Of a stretch of DNA of 62,000 nt, positions 25,425 to 39,323 are shown in pieces. Position numbers and translations under genes: made by a program. Below the pieces are notes generated by a model. That model did no database searches, had not been told where the DNA came from, and saw only the letters and a program-made list of their open reading frames with translations. This DNA is from Octopus vulgaris (lineage: Eukaryota): NCBI GenBank assembly GCA_951406725.2, contig OX597834.1, positions 40,010,001-40,072,000 of the forward strand, written 5' to 3'. Each line of letters starts with the position of its first letter. The first letter of the stretch is position 1.

Positions 25425-26170
25425 ATCATCATCATCATTGAATGTATGTTTTGTCCATGCTGGCATGGGTTGGATGGTTTGACAGGAGCTGGCAAGTCGG
25501 AGAGCTGCACCAGTCTCCGTTTTTTTTATTTTTATATTTTGTTTATTTCATTTAGTTTCAGCTCACAAGCTGTGGCCATGCTGGGGCACCGCCTGTTTCA
25601 GCAAGGTTTCTATGGCTTCATGCCCTTCCTAATGTTACCCACCTTTACAACATGTACTGGGTTCTTTCCCTATGGAGCCAGCACAGGTACTTTTAATGTG
25701 GAAACAGCACAGGTGCTTTTAATGTGCCACCTGCACAGGTGCTTTTAATGTGGTACCAGGACAGGTACTTTTTATGTGGAACCAACATAGGTGCTTATGT
25801 GACACCAGCACAGGTGCTTTTTATGTGGTACCAGGACAGGTACTTTTTATGTGGAACCAACATAGGTGCTCATGTGACACCAGCACAGGTGCTTTTTATG
25901 TGGCACCAGAACAGGTGCTTTTTATGTGCCACCTGCACAGGTGATTTTTATGTGGAACCAACATAGTTGCTTACCATGTGGCCCTGACATGAATGCTTTT
26001 TATGTGGCATTGGCATGGGTGTTTTTATATGGCACCAGCACAGGTGTTTTTTATGCAGCACCTGCACAGGTGTGTTTTACATAGCAGATGCACAGGTGCT
26101 TTTTAAGTGTTACTGGCTCTGGTGTTTTTTATATGGCACCAGCACTATCATGGTTGCCAAGTAATTTGCA
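25425..26170 (-). mobile_element. RTE LINE 3' UTR fragment with expanded internal VNTR
   Basis: (cat)n tail, then many cagcacaggtgctttttatgtggcac-type units at 25680-26140. Confidence 0.78.
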
Positions 26171-27272
26171 AGGCAAAGATCTTTTAGTTAAGAGAGGGAG
26201 TGAAACCGAGAGAAGTTGCTGTGCACCAGGCAAGAAGTTAGAGTATGACAGAGGGACAGAGATAATTGTCTTACTATAGAGGAGATACCTGGCCAGCCTA
26301 GTAGGACAAGGAAGAAGTAAGGTAGGAGAGAGAGAGAGAGAGAGAGAAAAAGATAGAGACAGAATTTACTTAAATACACCAGTGTAACTAAGGATGGTAG
26401 TGGGCCTCCCCTGTACACTGTACCATATTTGTTATGAAATATACACATACAGATAGATGAGAGTGTATATACATATTTCTAAAATTATTACTCTTTCTTC
26501 AGTGCTACAGTCAATCTATTATCCATCCACAAACACATTGTTTAAATAACCACTAAATTCTGCAAGTAATATATTAAATGCAATCCTGGCAACAGGTACA
26601 TATGTATTAATTGCTGGCTGGGTATTTTGTTTTGCATCCATGATATATTACCAAATATGCAGAAATATACACATAAAGATAGTAGGGAGGGAGAGAGAGA
26701 GACAGAGAGAAAGAGAGAGAGAGATTACAATTTATTAATTGAAAAGGACTGACATGACCACTTTCCCTCTCCTCGTGTGCATAATGAGAGATATGCTAAC
26801 ACACATAAACAAAGAGAGAAGGACGTTAAAATATTTGTTGTCAAAAAAAAAAAAGTAATGAATCAGGGACATCAAAAAGGGCTGTGCTGAGCCTAGAACA
26901 TTTTATACCATACGTGTCCACACGGAATACTCTGTGAAATGGTTGGTAGCAGGAAAGGCATTCAGCCATAGAAACCATGCCAAAAATATAATGTTTGAGC
27001 CAGATGTAATCCGCTGATCCATTCGGAATGGAAATAAACAATAATGGGAACTGAATCAAACCAAGGTGACCTGGCCAACCCAAATCAGCATGGAAAAAAA
27101 TACTACATACACACACACATATGTATGTATAGATAAGCATATAATACACATGTGTCTATCTATTTATTTATCTATCCCTTTATCAATATATATATATATA
27201 CTATATCTATATATATAAATCTATATCTATATATATATATATATATATAATCTATATCTATATCTATAAATC

Positions 27273-27303
<31 letters not shown>

Positions 27304-27564
27304 CTCTATATGTATATTATATATATATATTGGTAGCTATAAATACAGCTAGCTATAGATTTATATAGATATAGATATATGTATATATAGACATGTTTAA
27401 AGGCAAGTAATGTATAAATAGGTATTTAGTATCAAATTTTACCAATTCTATTCGAGATTATTACATTAAGAATCACAGATGGAGACAAAAATGGAAGCAA
27501 ATGGTAGAACAAAATATAAATAACTAAGCAGAAACAGAAAACAAGAAATAGTATTCAGGAATTA

Positions 27565-27571
27565 GACAGAG

Positions 27572-27629
<58 letters not shown>

Positions 27630-27667
27630 TAATAATGATAATAATAATAACAACAATAATAATAATG

Positions 27668-27707
<40 letters not shown>

Positions 27708-27745
27708 TAATAATGATAATAATAATAACAACAATAATAATAATG

Positions 27746-27782
<37 letters not shown>

Positions 27783-27882
27783 TAATAATGATAATAATAA
27801 TAACAACAATAATAATAATGATAATAATAATGATAATAATAATAATAACAACAACAATAATAATAATAATAATGATAAATTT
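27565..27882. repeat. (AAT)n trinucleotide array with periodic AAC/GAT interruptions
   Basis: Directly visible. Source of the poly-I/L ORFs. Confidence 0.97.
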
Positions 27883-28005
27883 CATTGACTTCTTTTTGGT
27901 TTTGTTTTGGTTAACATATATCGATTCCTGACTTAATAACAATAATAATAAAATTCTGATCTTTCCTATTTTCATCTTCAAAAGCAATTTGTAGATCAAA
28001 AAGAA

Positions 28006-28058
<53 letters not shown>

Positions 28059-28258
28059 CACACACACACATTACATACACGCACACACACACATATATAT
28101 ATACACATACATACATACACACACATATACACAGACAATATATATATACATACACACATATAAACAGACACTATACATACATACATACATACATACATAC
28201 ATACATACATACATACATACATACATACATACATACATACATACATACATACATACAT

Positions 28259-28324
<66 letters not shown>

Positions 28325-28699
28325 TCAGAATTAAAGAAGAGAACAATCGGATATGAAAAAAAGAAGAAGTGAGAATATAGGAATGCATTGAAATACCGAA
28401 ACGAGGAATTAATGAGTTAGCACCATAGAAAAGTACAGAATTTAACTGTGAAACTATAGAGTCAGAGTTAGATTCTTGGAGTAGATAATGAGTTTCATAA
28501 ATGGTTTCACCTTTGACATGATCTACAGCCAGTTTGCAGACACATCTCGACCAATCTATTAGTGCCATCTGAGGGGTTGAGAGTAATCCCCACCCCCAAG
28601 ATCAACATGGCCCAACGATAGGAGAAGAGAGACCCCCCCAACATAATAACTGGTACCTATTATGACTACATAATGACCTTCATTGAGCAACAACCAACA

Positions 28700-29522
28700 T
28701 AAAGCGACATGACCACCACCACCACTACCAGTGCCATCATCACCAACACCGCCACCAAAATAATGTTGCCACCAACACCAGTACCACAACCAAAACTACT
28801 GTCACCACCGCCACCACCAACGCCACCACCACCACCAATACCAGCGACAACAACACTATCACCACCACCACCACCACCAATACCAGTGACACCACCAGTG
28901 CCATCATCAACACTGCCACCGAAGCAATGCTAACACCACCACCAACAGCACCAATACTGCCAATACTGCCATGACCAACACTCCTGTCACCACCTTCAAC
29001 ACCACCACCACTGCACCACCACCACCACTGCACCACCACCACCAACACTGCCAACACCACCATGACCAACACTCCTGTCACCACCTTCACCACCACCACT
29101 GCACTCACCACCACCACTGCACTCACCACCACCACCACTGCACTCACCACCACCACTGCACTCACCACCACCACTGCACTCACCACCACCACTGCACTCA
29201 CCACCACCACCACCAATACCAACACTGCCAATGCTACCATGACCAACACTACTGTCACCACCTTCACCACCACCACCACCAGCGCCATCACCACCACCAA
29301 CACCATCACCAAAAGCACCACCACCAGCACCAACACTACCACTAGTATTACCAACGCCACCACCAACACCATCTCCACCACCACCACTACCAACGACAAC
29401 AACACTATCACCACCAACACCACCACCACCCACACCGCCGTCAACATCAACACCACAAGCGACATCACCAACACGATCACCACCACCACCACTACACCAC
29501 CACCAACAACAACAACAACAAT
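28700..29522. repeat. Degenerate (ACC/CAC)n-rich low-complexity tract with internal duplications
   Basis: Trinucleotide mosaic. The Thr/His/Val-rich ORFs shift frame within it. Confidence 0.85.
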
Positions 29523-29922
29523 GTAGCAGGGTGGAAAAGGCAATGAACTTAATTAGCGTTGAGGAAAAATAAAAAAACAGTAATCAACGGATGTGGAATA
29601 TGGCAAAGATATATTTCTGGCAAGGCGCTGTATAATGGCACTTTTATGGTTATGGAGACTGATAGCATGGTGATGCACCAGTCTAACACATGCAGCTGCA
29701 CATGGATTCTGACGTTAAGAGCATAATCAGTTTGAAGGTGGAACCAGGAAGACTTCGTTAAACTCACTATCTCGTTACAATTGGAATCTTTGATAGTGCC
29801 TGCCAACATAAATATTCTCTCTTTAGGCACACACTTGCATCAGCCACATGTACATACACATACATAGTTGTGTATGTATGTATATATATGTATGTGTGTG
29901 TGTATATGTATATATATGTATA

Positions 29923-29953
<31 letters not shown>

Positions 29954-29959
29954 GTGTGT

Positions 29960-29990
<31 letters not shown>

Positions 29991-29994
29991 CACA

Positions 29995-30345
29995 AACATA
30001 TATATACATATTTAAACACACATACACACACACATATATATACATATTTAAACACACATCTATAAATATATACACACATATTTAAACTCACATCTATATA
30101 TATATATACACACATATACATATTTAAACAGGCATCTATATATATATACACACACACAAACACACACATATATATACACATTTAAACACATATCTATATA
30201 CATACACACACATATATTTAAACACATCTATACACACATACATATATTTAAACACACATCTACATATATATATATACACACATACATATTTAAACACATC
30301 TATACACATATATATACACACATATTTAAACACTTCTATATATAT
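29995..30345. repeat. ~36-40 bp minisatellite (acacatatttaaacacacatctatatatatatat)
   Basis: About 9-10 tatttaaaca units. Confidence 0.85.
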
Positions 30346-30489
30346 ATACACACACACACACATGTATGTGATTACATACACTTACACATATATGACTGTG
30401 TATACAGGACTATACAAACATATACTTTCAAATATATATATGTATATTTATAGATACATATACAAAAACATATACATGTGTGTGTGTGA

Positions 30490-30540
<51 letters not shown>

Positions 30541-30854
30541 TACACATATACACACATATATATACATGTCTGTGTGTATACATATACAAACACAAACACA
30601 CCTATACAGGTACATACACACATGCTCATTAAGATACATAGTATATATATGTACACACACACACACACCTGTCTCTGCATGTATGGGATGGTGGTGTCGA
30701 CGTTAAATACCTGGTGTATTTGTTTAAAATAATAAAATCTAAAATGATAAAAAAAATGCTAAACAATATGTTACCAAGGTAACGTAATTAGAGGTAGGGG
30801 GACGGGGGGTTTGTAGAGAGATTACTAAAGGGGCTTTTTTTATGGTATTCCTGT

Positions 30855-30992
30855 TTGCTTCCCAACCACATGGTTTTAGGTTCAATCCCACTGCGTGGCA
30901 CCGTGGGTAAGGGTCTTCTACTGTAGCCTTGGGCTAAACAAAGCCTTGTGGGTGGATTTGGTAGATGGAAACTGAAAGAAGACCATCATATA

Positions 30993-31039
<47 letters not shown>

Positions 31040-31268
31040 TTATGTGTGTCCCTGTGTCAGTATTTGTTTCCCCCAACACCACCCTCGCATGATAACTGAT
31101 GGTGGTGCGTTTACGTCTCTGTAACTTAGCAATTCAGCAAAAGAGGCCGATAGAATAAGTACTAGACTTACAAAGAATAAGTCCTGGGGTCGATTTCTTC
31201 AACTAGAACCCTTTAAGGCAATGCTTCAACATGGCCACAGTCAAATGACTGAAAAAACAAAAGAATAA
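30855..31268 (+). mobile_element. OR/CORE-type SINE
   Basis: Family match. Confidence 0.85.
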
Positions 31269-31303
31269 AATTGATATGCAGTTGATTGACAGAATATTTC
31301 TGA

Positions 31304-31543
31304 AGTAATCTGGATAAAGATTTACCTATCCATAAGTAATTTGAATAAAGACTTACCTATCCATAAGTAATTTGAATAAAGACTTACCTATCCATAAGTA
31401 ATTTGAATAAAGATTTACCTATCTGTAAGTAATTTGAATAAAGACTTACCTATTCATAAGTAATTTGAATAAAGACTTACCTATCCATAAGTAATTTGAA
31501 TAAAGACTTACCTATTCTTAAGTAATTTGGATAAAGATTTACT
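31304..31543. repeat. 31-bp minisatellite, about 7.5 copies
   Basis: Unit aaagacttacctatccataagtaatttgaat. Confidence 0.96.
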
Positions 31544-31588
31544 GAGATTGCTACAGTAGACGGAATGTGTGTGTATGTATGTATGTAT

Positions 31589-31619
<31 letters not shown>

Positions 31620-31635
31620 ATATATATATATATAT

Positions 31636-31850
31636 ATACGGGGAGCTTTATGAAAATAAACAAAAGACGAAGGCAGGTGGAATACAAACAAACAATTGTA
31701 TTAGTATGGCGCTCAGGAATATAAATAAAACAAGTCTTTTACGTTTCGAGCCTACGCACTCTTCAACAGAAAGATACACAGAAAAGAAACACGGAGAGAA
31801 ACAAGGAGAGAAAAAAAATTGCGTGCAGAAGCTAGCGAATCAACATGGCG
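31636..31850 (-). mobile_element. Penelope-like pLTR fragment with variant hammerhead-like core
   Basis: Minus strand TCTTT-CTGTTGA-A-GAGTGC-GTAG-GCTC-GAAAC-GTA-AAAGA at 31735-31774. Confidence 0.55.
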
Positions 31851-32689
31851 ATCTATATATATATGGCGATATATATATGATATTTATTTGTGTGCGTCAT
31901 TGTGTTTGTGTTTGTCCTCCATCACCACCACTGCTTGACAACTAGTGTTGGTGTGTTTGTGTCCTGGTAACTTAACAGTTTAGCAAAAGAGACCAACAGA
32001 ATAAGTATCAGGTTAAAAAAAAATAAGTATGGCAGGCGGGGGTGGTGGTGGGGGGTCACTTCGTTTGACTAAGATCAAGGTGGTGCCCCAGCACAGCCAC
32101 AGTCTAATGACTGAAACAAGCAAAAGACTGAGAATATATACCACCCAACGTGTGGTACACCATTCACCTGTTCAGGTATTGTCGATTTGATGGAGAGAGT
32201 AAGGTAATGAGTGGTACAAACATTTGACCCCTATGAACAATTCATAGGTGCAGGTCATTTGACTAATGCTAAACGCTCATATATCGTCTTTGACAGGAGA
32301 ATCCATCACATATATATATATATGTATATATAAATGTGAGAAGGCATTCTAAATGTAACAGATATCTCTTTGAAGCCAGTTCCAAAGACAGCTTTATAAC
32401 TGGCAAAACCCAGTAAATATTTTCTTCTTATCAGCAAAAATATTAATTATCATAAATATAAAAAAAAAGCATTTTTGGCTCATAAATTATTAGCAATATT
32501 CCTTTGGTGGTTAGAATATTTATGTAGTTTGAAGATCCATCTGGTTTGCAGTGGAGAGAGTACAAGGAATTGGTTAAAGCAATCTGTGGCCCTGGCAACA
32601 ATCATGCTCAGATGTGCTTTTAAGGTTCCACTGGTACAAGAGTCAATCATGTGGTACTGTCATTGGCCCCATCAGCGATTTTATATATT

Positions 32690-33140
32690 ACTACTTTTCT
32701 ACAGAGTTAGTTTTATGTGTAACTGCTGCTTCTACAGTACCAGTTGTATGAATACAGTGTGTTCTTTAGCATTTACATACCTTGCTTACTACTTATGCAG
32801 AGCCACTTGTATGAACATCATGTAACTACTACCTCTACAGAGCCACTTGTATGAACATTGTGTAACTGTTACTTCTGCAGAGTCTGTTGTATGAACATAA
32901 TGTAACTACTACCTATACAGATTCACTTGTATGAACATCCTGTAACTGTTACTCCTACAGAGCCAGTTGTATGAACATCACGTAACTGCTTTTACAGAGC
33001 CAGTTGTATGAATAGTGCAACTGTTACTTCTGCAGAGCCACTTGTATGAACACGGTGTAACTGCTCTTACAGAGCCACTTGTATGAACACAGTACTTTAA
33101 CATTACATACCTGTTACTTCTACAGAGCCAGTTGCATGAA
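32690..33140. repeat. 37-40 bp minisatellite, about 10 copies
   Basis: Unit gtaactgttacttctacagagccacttgtatgaacatcat, exact 40-bp period over 32801-32961. Confidence 0.92.
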
Positions 33141-33156
33141 TACGCTGTGTTATGTA

Positions 33157-33353
33157 ACTCTTTTACTTGTTTCAGTCATTTGACCATGACCATGCTGGAC
33201 CACCACCTTAAAGGGTTTCAGTCAAAGAAATTTACCCCAGGACTTATTCTTTGTAAGTCTTGTACATATGTTATCAGTCTCTTTTTTGCTGAGCCACTAA
33301 GTTACGGGGATGTAAACACACTAACATCGGTTGTCAAGTGATGGTTTGGGAGA

Positions 33354-33393
<40 letters not shown>

Positions 33394-33537
33394 ACAGGCT
33401 TCTTACAGTTTCCATCTGTTTCCATCTACTAAATCCACTCACAAGGCTTTGGTCAACTCACAAGGCTATAGAAGAAAACACTAACCCAAGGTGCCACACA
33501 GTGAGACTGAACCTGGAACCATGTGGTTTAGAAGCAC
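33157..33537 (-). mobile_element. OR/CORE-type SINE
   Basis: Family match. Confidence 0.85.
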
Positions 33538-34179
33538 TAACTTACCAACTTCACCATGCAACATTTTGAATCAGATTCTACAAAAACAAAGCTGCTTCAT
33601 CTGCTTCTGAAATTCCATCTAACAACACGGACATCATTCTGCTATTCACCATTATGCAAATTAAGCTCCTCGTTTGAGTCACTTTCACAATGACAGTCAC
33701 ACTATCCCAGTGTTAACACAATCAAACACACCTGTTCTTCTCACCTGATCTATTTGCATACAGTCAATTGCATGGGGTTAATACAGGTGTAAGAGATTGA
33801 AACCAAGGAAAATGGCCAACACTTTGGATATTGATCAGCCATAACTTGCAGTTATTTAATTTGGATAACTTTACTTTCAGATACGCTTTAACACTCACTG
33901 ATTTGCTATTCTGTTTTATTTTTTAATCACTGCCATCGTTATTGTTGTTGTTGTTGTTGTTGTTGTCGTCATTCCCACCATCATAGATCTCGTCATAATC
34001 ACCATCATCATCATCATCATCGTGATCATCATTCTCACCATCATCATTACCCATCACCGCCCCATCATCATCACAATTATTTTCACCATCATCATAAGTA
34101 TCACTGTATAGCTTTGTGTGTGTGTGTGTGTGTATATATGTATATATATAATCACCATCATCATGTGCTAGTGTGTATA

Positions 34180-34228
<49 letters not shown>

Positions 34229-34274
34229 TATATATATATATAATCACCATCATCAGCATGTGCTTGTGTGTATA

Positions 34275-34306
<32 letters not shown>

Positions 34307-34779
34307 ATAATCACCATCATTATGTGCTTGTGTATATATGTGTGTGTGTGTATCACCACCATCATCATCATTATTATTTTTATTCTCATCACCATCATCA
34401 CAATCAACATTGTCATAATCAACATCATTTTCATTCCCATCATCATCATCATCAGCACTATCATCTTCACCACCACCACCTCAATCATCATCATCATCGT
34501 CATCCTCTCCGATGGCCACCACTATTGCTATCGAATAACACAAGCACAGACAGACCTACTCATTCCGACTACAATATTAATGTCCACTCTCTCTCCAAAC
34601 AACTCACCCCCAACACTACAAAAGTCACACCTTGTTAATAAATAATACAGTTTCTATCAGATTAGTTCTTATTTCACCATTAAAACCATTCCTTCCATGG
34701 CCACTACCACTACATATTTGCACATATTTGCATATACATAAACACACACAGACACACACACGTTAAACACATGCATACA

Positions 34780-35430
34780 CACACACCTCATCCTGCCATT
34801 CTCCTCCGTTCCCTCCATGACCATTACCCCTACACATACACATCTGAACATACATGCATGCACACGTGCACACACACACACCTCATCCTGCCATTCCTTC
34901 CATGACCACCATCACTGCACACACACACATTCTCCTCCGTTCCCTCCATGACCATTGCCACTACACATACACATCTGAACATACTTGCATGCACACATGT
35001 ACACACACACCTCATCCTGCCATTCCTTCCATGACCACCATCACTGCATATACACACACATACACACACACACACACATTCTCCTCCGTTCCCTCCATGA
35101 CCATTGCCCCTACACATACACATCTGAACATACATGCATGCACACGTGCACACACATACACACCTCATCCTGCCATTCCTTCCATGACCACCATCACTGC
35201 ATATGCACACACACATTCTCCTCCGTTCCCTCCATGACCATTGCCACTACACATACACATCTGAACATACATGCATGTACACATGCACACACACCTCATC
35301 CTGCCATTCCTTCCATGACCACCATCACTGCATATGCACACACACACACATTCTCCTCCGTTCCCTCCATGACCATTGCCACTACATATACATGTCTGAA
35401 CATACATACATGCACACACACACACACACA
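34780..35430. repeat. ~130-bp tandem repeat with variable (CA)n, about 5 copies
   Basis: cctcatcctgccatt at 34786, 34881, 35010, 35163 and 35294. Confidence 0.92.
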
Positions 35431-36159
35431 CATGCATGCATACACACACCTACTTCTACCAGTCTTTTGATGACCACCCTCACTGCACATGACATTCCCT
35501 CCATGACCACCACAACTACACCATGCATGCACATGCACAAAGAAACACCTGCTTGTTCATTCCTTCCATAGTAACCACTACATATATCTATCTATCCCCC
35601 TATCTCTTCTACCCACCACACACACACACCTATTCTTCCATTCCTACCACGACCACCACCACCACACTCAAATCTTTTCAATTCTTTATGGCCAGCACAT
35701 ACAAAACTTTTCTATTCTCTTTGTAACCACACACACACACACACACACACACTTCCAACCCTATCACAACATACTCCTTTCCTTCCATAGCAACCACCAC
35801 TGCCACCACCACACTACCACGCATATTTCAGTAAGAGATATAAAACACATGACCTGAATGAATGCCTCTACTTCTTTAGTCTTCCCCGGAGAGAAGTAAC
35901 AGACTTTGTGTTTCACTAAAATAAACTTTCGTCAGGTGAAATATAGCAGATATACACATCACCTTTAGCTGGGTGTAAACATGTGCAAATGTATATTGGT
36001 GCATGCAGGTGTGTGTGTGTGTGTGTGTGTGCATAGGCATGTAGTGTGTATTTATGTTTGTACATGTGTCTTCATGTGGGCATATGTATGTGTGTGTGTG
36101 TGTATACACATATATATATCTCAAAATGAGCAACAAGGATATCCAGAGGTAATTTTTTA

Positions 36160-36547
<388 letters not shown>

Positions 36548-37153
36548 TAGATAGATAGATAGATAGACACACAGACTGACAGACAGACAGACAGACAGAT
36601 CACCTATACATGTCTGTATGCATGTGCATGTATGTGTGTGCATATGTATATGTGTGTTCATGTTTCCACATGTGTTTGTGTGTGTGTTTGTGTACATATG
36701 TACAAGAGTATGAGAGTGTATAATATATATATATATATATATATACTCACACACACACACACACAAACATATATATATATATATGAGCATGTTCCTATGA
36801 TGTATGCCTGCTTGTATGTGCATGTATGTATGCATTCTATGTATGCATGCATATAACTGCATATATGTGTTTGGCCAGACTGAACGCAACAAATGGTTGG
36901 GTCAGTAGTCTGGGTGGGGGTAGGGGTTAGAATGCTGGTATTGATATTTAGATATCACTGAAAATACCACTGGAGTACACATCAACTATACCACCAGCAG
37001 GACCATATATGGAATGGTTGTCTACAAAATAAAAGGCAGACACACTGAATACCAACAAATCATGTGCCCCACAGCTGTGTCCTCTCCTTCTATCAGCGAT
37101 ACCACTACTAGAACTATTTATGAAATGCCTGTCCACCCAATAAACAAATCTCC

Positions 37154-37520
37154 ATAGGAGTGGTTGTGTGGTAAGAAGCTTGCTTCCCAACCACATGGTT
37201 CCAGGTTCAGTCCCACTGTGTGGCACCTTGGGCAAGTGTCCTCTACTATAGCCTTGGGTCGACCAAAGCCTTGTGAGTGAATTAGGTAGACGGAAACTGA
37301 AAAGAAGCCTGTCGTGTGTGTGTGTGTGTTTGTGTCTGTGCTTGTCCTCTCAGTACAGCTTGATAGCCAGTGTTGTGTTTACGTCCCCATAACTTAGCGG
37401 TTCAGCAAAAGAGACTAACAGAATAAGTAAAGTACCAGGCTTAGAAAAAAACAAGTACTAAGAATGCAAGGGTGTGCCCCAGCATGGCCACCGTCTTTGA
37501 CTGAAACAAATAAAAGATTG
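37154..37520 (+). mobile_element. OR/CORE-type SINE
   Basis: Family match. Confidence 0.85.
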
Positions 37521-37710
37521 AAGATAAGAGCAGATGTGACTATGGGGTAAGAAGCTTGCTTTCCAACCACATGGTTCCAGGTTCAGTCCCACTGTGTGGC
37601 ACCCTGGGCAAGTGTCTTCTGCAGTCTCGGGCCTATGAAAACCTTATGAGAGGATTTGGCAGATGTAAACTGAAAGAAGTCTATTGCGTGTGTATGTATG
37701 TATATATATT

Positions 37711-37935
37711 TCTTTACTACCCACAAGGGGCTAAACACAGAGAGGACAAACAAGGACAGACAAACGGATTAAGTCGATTACATCGACCCCAGTGCGTAAC
37801 TGGTACTTAATTTATCGACCCCGAAAGGATGAAAGGCAAAGTCGCCCTCGGCGGAATTTGAACTCAGAACGTAGCGGCAGACAAAATACCGCAAAGCATT
37901 TCGCCCGGCGTGCTAACGTTTCTGCCAGCTCATCG
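37711..37935 (-). mobile_element. OK-type SINE
   Basis: Near-consensus reverse copy. Confidence 0.9.
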
Positions 37936-38347
37936 CTTTATGTATGTATATATATATATATGTGTGTGTGTGTATGTGTTTATCTCCCATCACTTCTTGA
38001 CAACTGGTGTTGGCGTATTTATGTCTTTGTAACTCAGTGGTTCAGCAAAAGAGATTGATAAAATAAGTACATGTAAGTGTGTGTGCATGCGTGCATGCAA
38101 ACGTATAAGTGTGTGTGTATCCTTGTCAAATGAAGATATCACATGATGGTTGTAAACAAGCATCACCATCATACAAGCAGTGTAGTTGGCCATGAGGAAA
38201 TATTTCCTTGCTTGGAAACAGGGAGAGGTTGGTGAAAGAAAGAGCAGCCAGCCGTAGAAAAATCTACTTCAATAAACTCAATAAACTCTGTCTAGCCCAT
38301 GCAAGTATGGAAAAAAGGATAATATGGTGTTGATGATGATGATGATG

Positions 38348-38389
<42 letters not shown>

Positions 38390-38474
38390 CACATATAGAG
38401 AAGAGAGATGTACATACACACATGTACATCTTATTAGTAAGCAATACTTAGATGGACGAATGAACAGCTATGCA

Positions 38475-38519
<45 letters not shown>

Positions 38520-39238
38520 CGTGCATGTGCTTGTGTTTGTGTCTGTGTCTGTCTGTGTGTACACACATACAGACACCGCACAGACAGAAGAATTCAGAGT
38601 TTGTAGCAAAAGCTGTGTAATTCCATCATCTGGAAATAATTCTTGGAAAGATTCTCTTTTTACATTTATTAGAAATTCTTTAAAAAAAAAAATGGTAAAG
38701 AGAAATACCAATATATATATATATATACACATATATATACACATATATATATACACATACATATATATACATATATATATACACACACATACATATATAT
38801 ATACACATATATATATACGTGTGTGTGTGTGGAAGACAGACATTAAACGATGATATACATACATACACACCTCCAGATGTAATCAGCCTAAACATCATCA
38901 AGTCTGAATATTTTTTTTTCAGTCTAAGGAAATAAATCTATGATTGTATGCCTCACAGTAACAACACAGTCACACAGTCATGCAGACCACCTACTCATGT
39001 GAATCCGAAAAAAAAAAAAAAAAAGGGAAGAAACAAGAATTTAAGCCAGATATCCTGAGGACTTGGAATATTACATACAATATTGCTCTGAAGAAAGAAT
39101 CAAAGTGAAAATAAAAAAGAAGAATACAGAAACCAAAGAAGAAAACCATTTTTTTTTTTTGATATTTTTCATTCCTTATATGGAAGATTAGGAAATCATT
39201 TTCATGACAATCATTATGTAATATCGTTGAAAAAGAAC

Positions 39239-39274
<36 letters not shown>

Positions 39275-39323
39275 ACAGAAGTTCAATCATGAGATTCTTT
39301 GTAAACTGAAATAATTCTATCCC

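Noticed and set aside
28740-29543. Mucin-like Thr-rich and Val/Gly-rich ORFs
   Set aside because: All frames are open because of (ACC)n. The motif shifts frame at about 29030 and no splice signals or signal peptide support a gene.
31304-31543. CRISPR-like appearance of short regular repeats (also 16113-16445 and 32690-33140)
   Set aside because: Units are directly adjacent with no unique spacers, there are no cas genes, and the context is eukaryotic.
32140-32290. Apparent exon PPNVWYTIHLFRYCRFDGESK with an AAG|GTAATG donor
   Set aside because: The sequence is homologous to the body of the SINE at 44450-44748, so it is repeat-derived.
36950-37157. 68-codon open frame DITENTTGVHINY...
   Set aside because: Contains an internal degenerate duplication, ends within a SINE head, and has no donor or recognisable motif.
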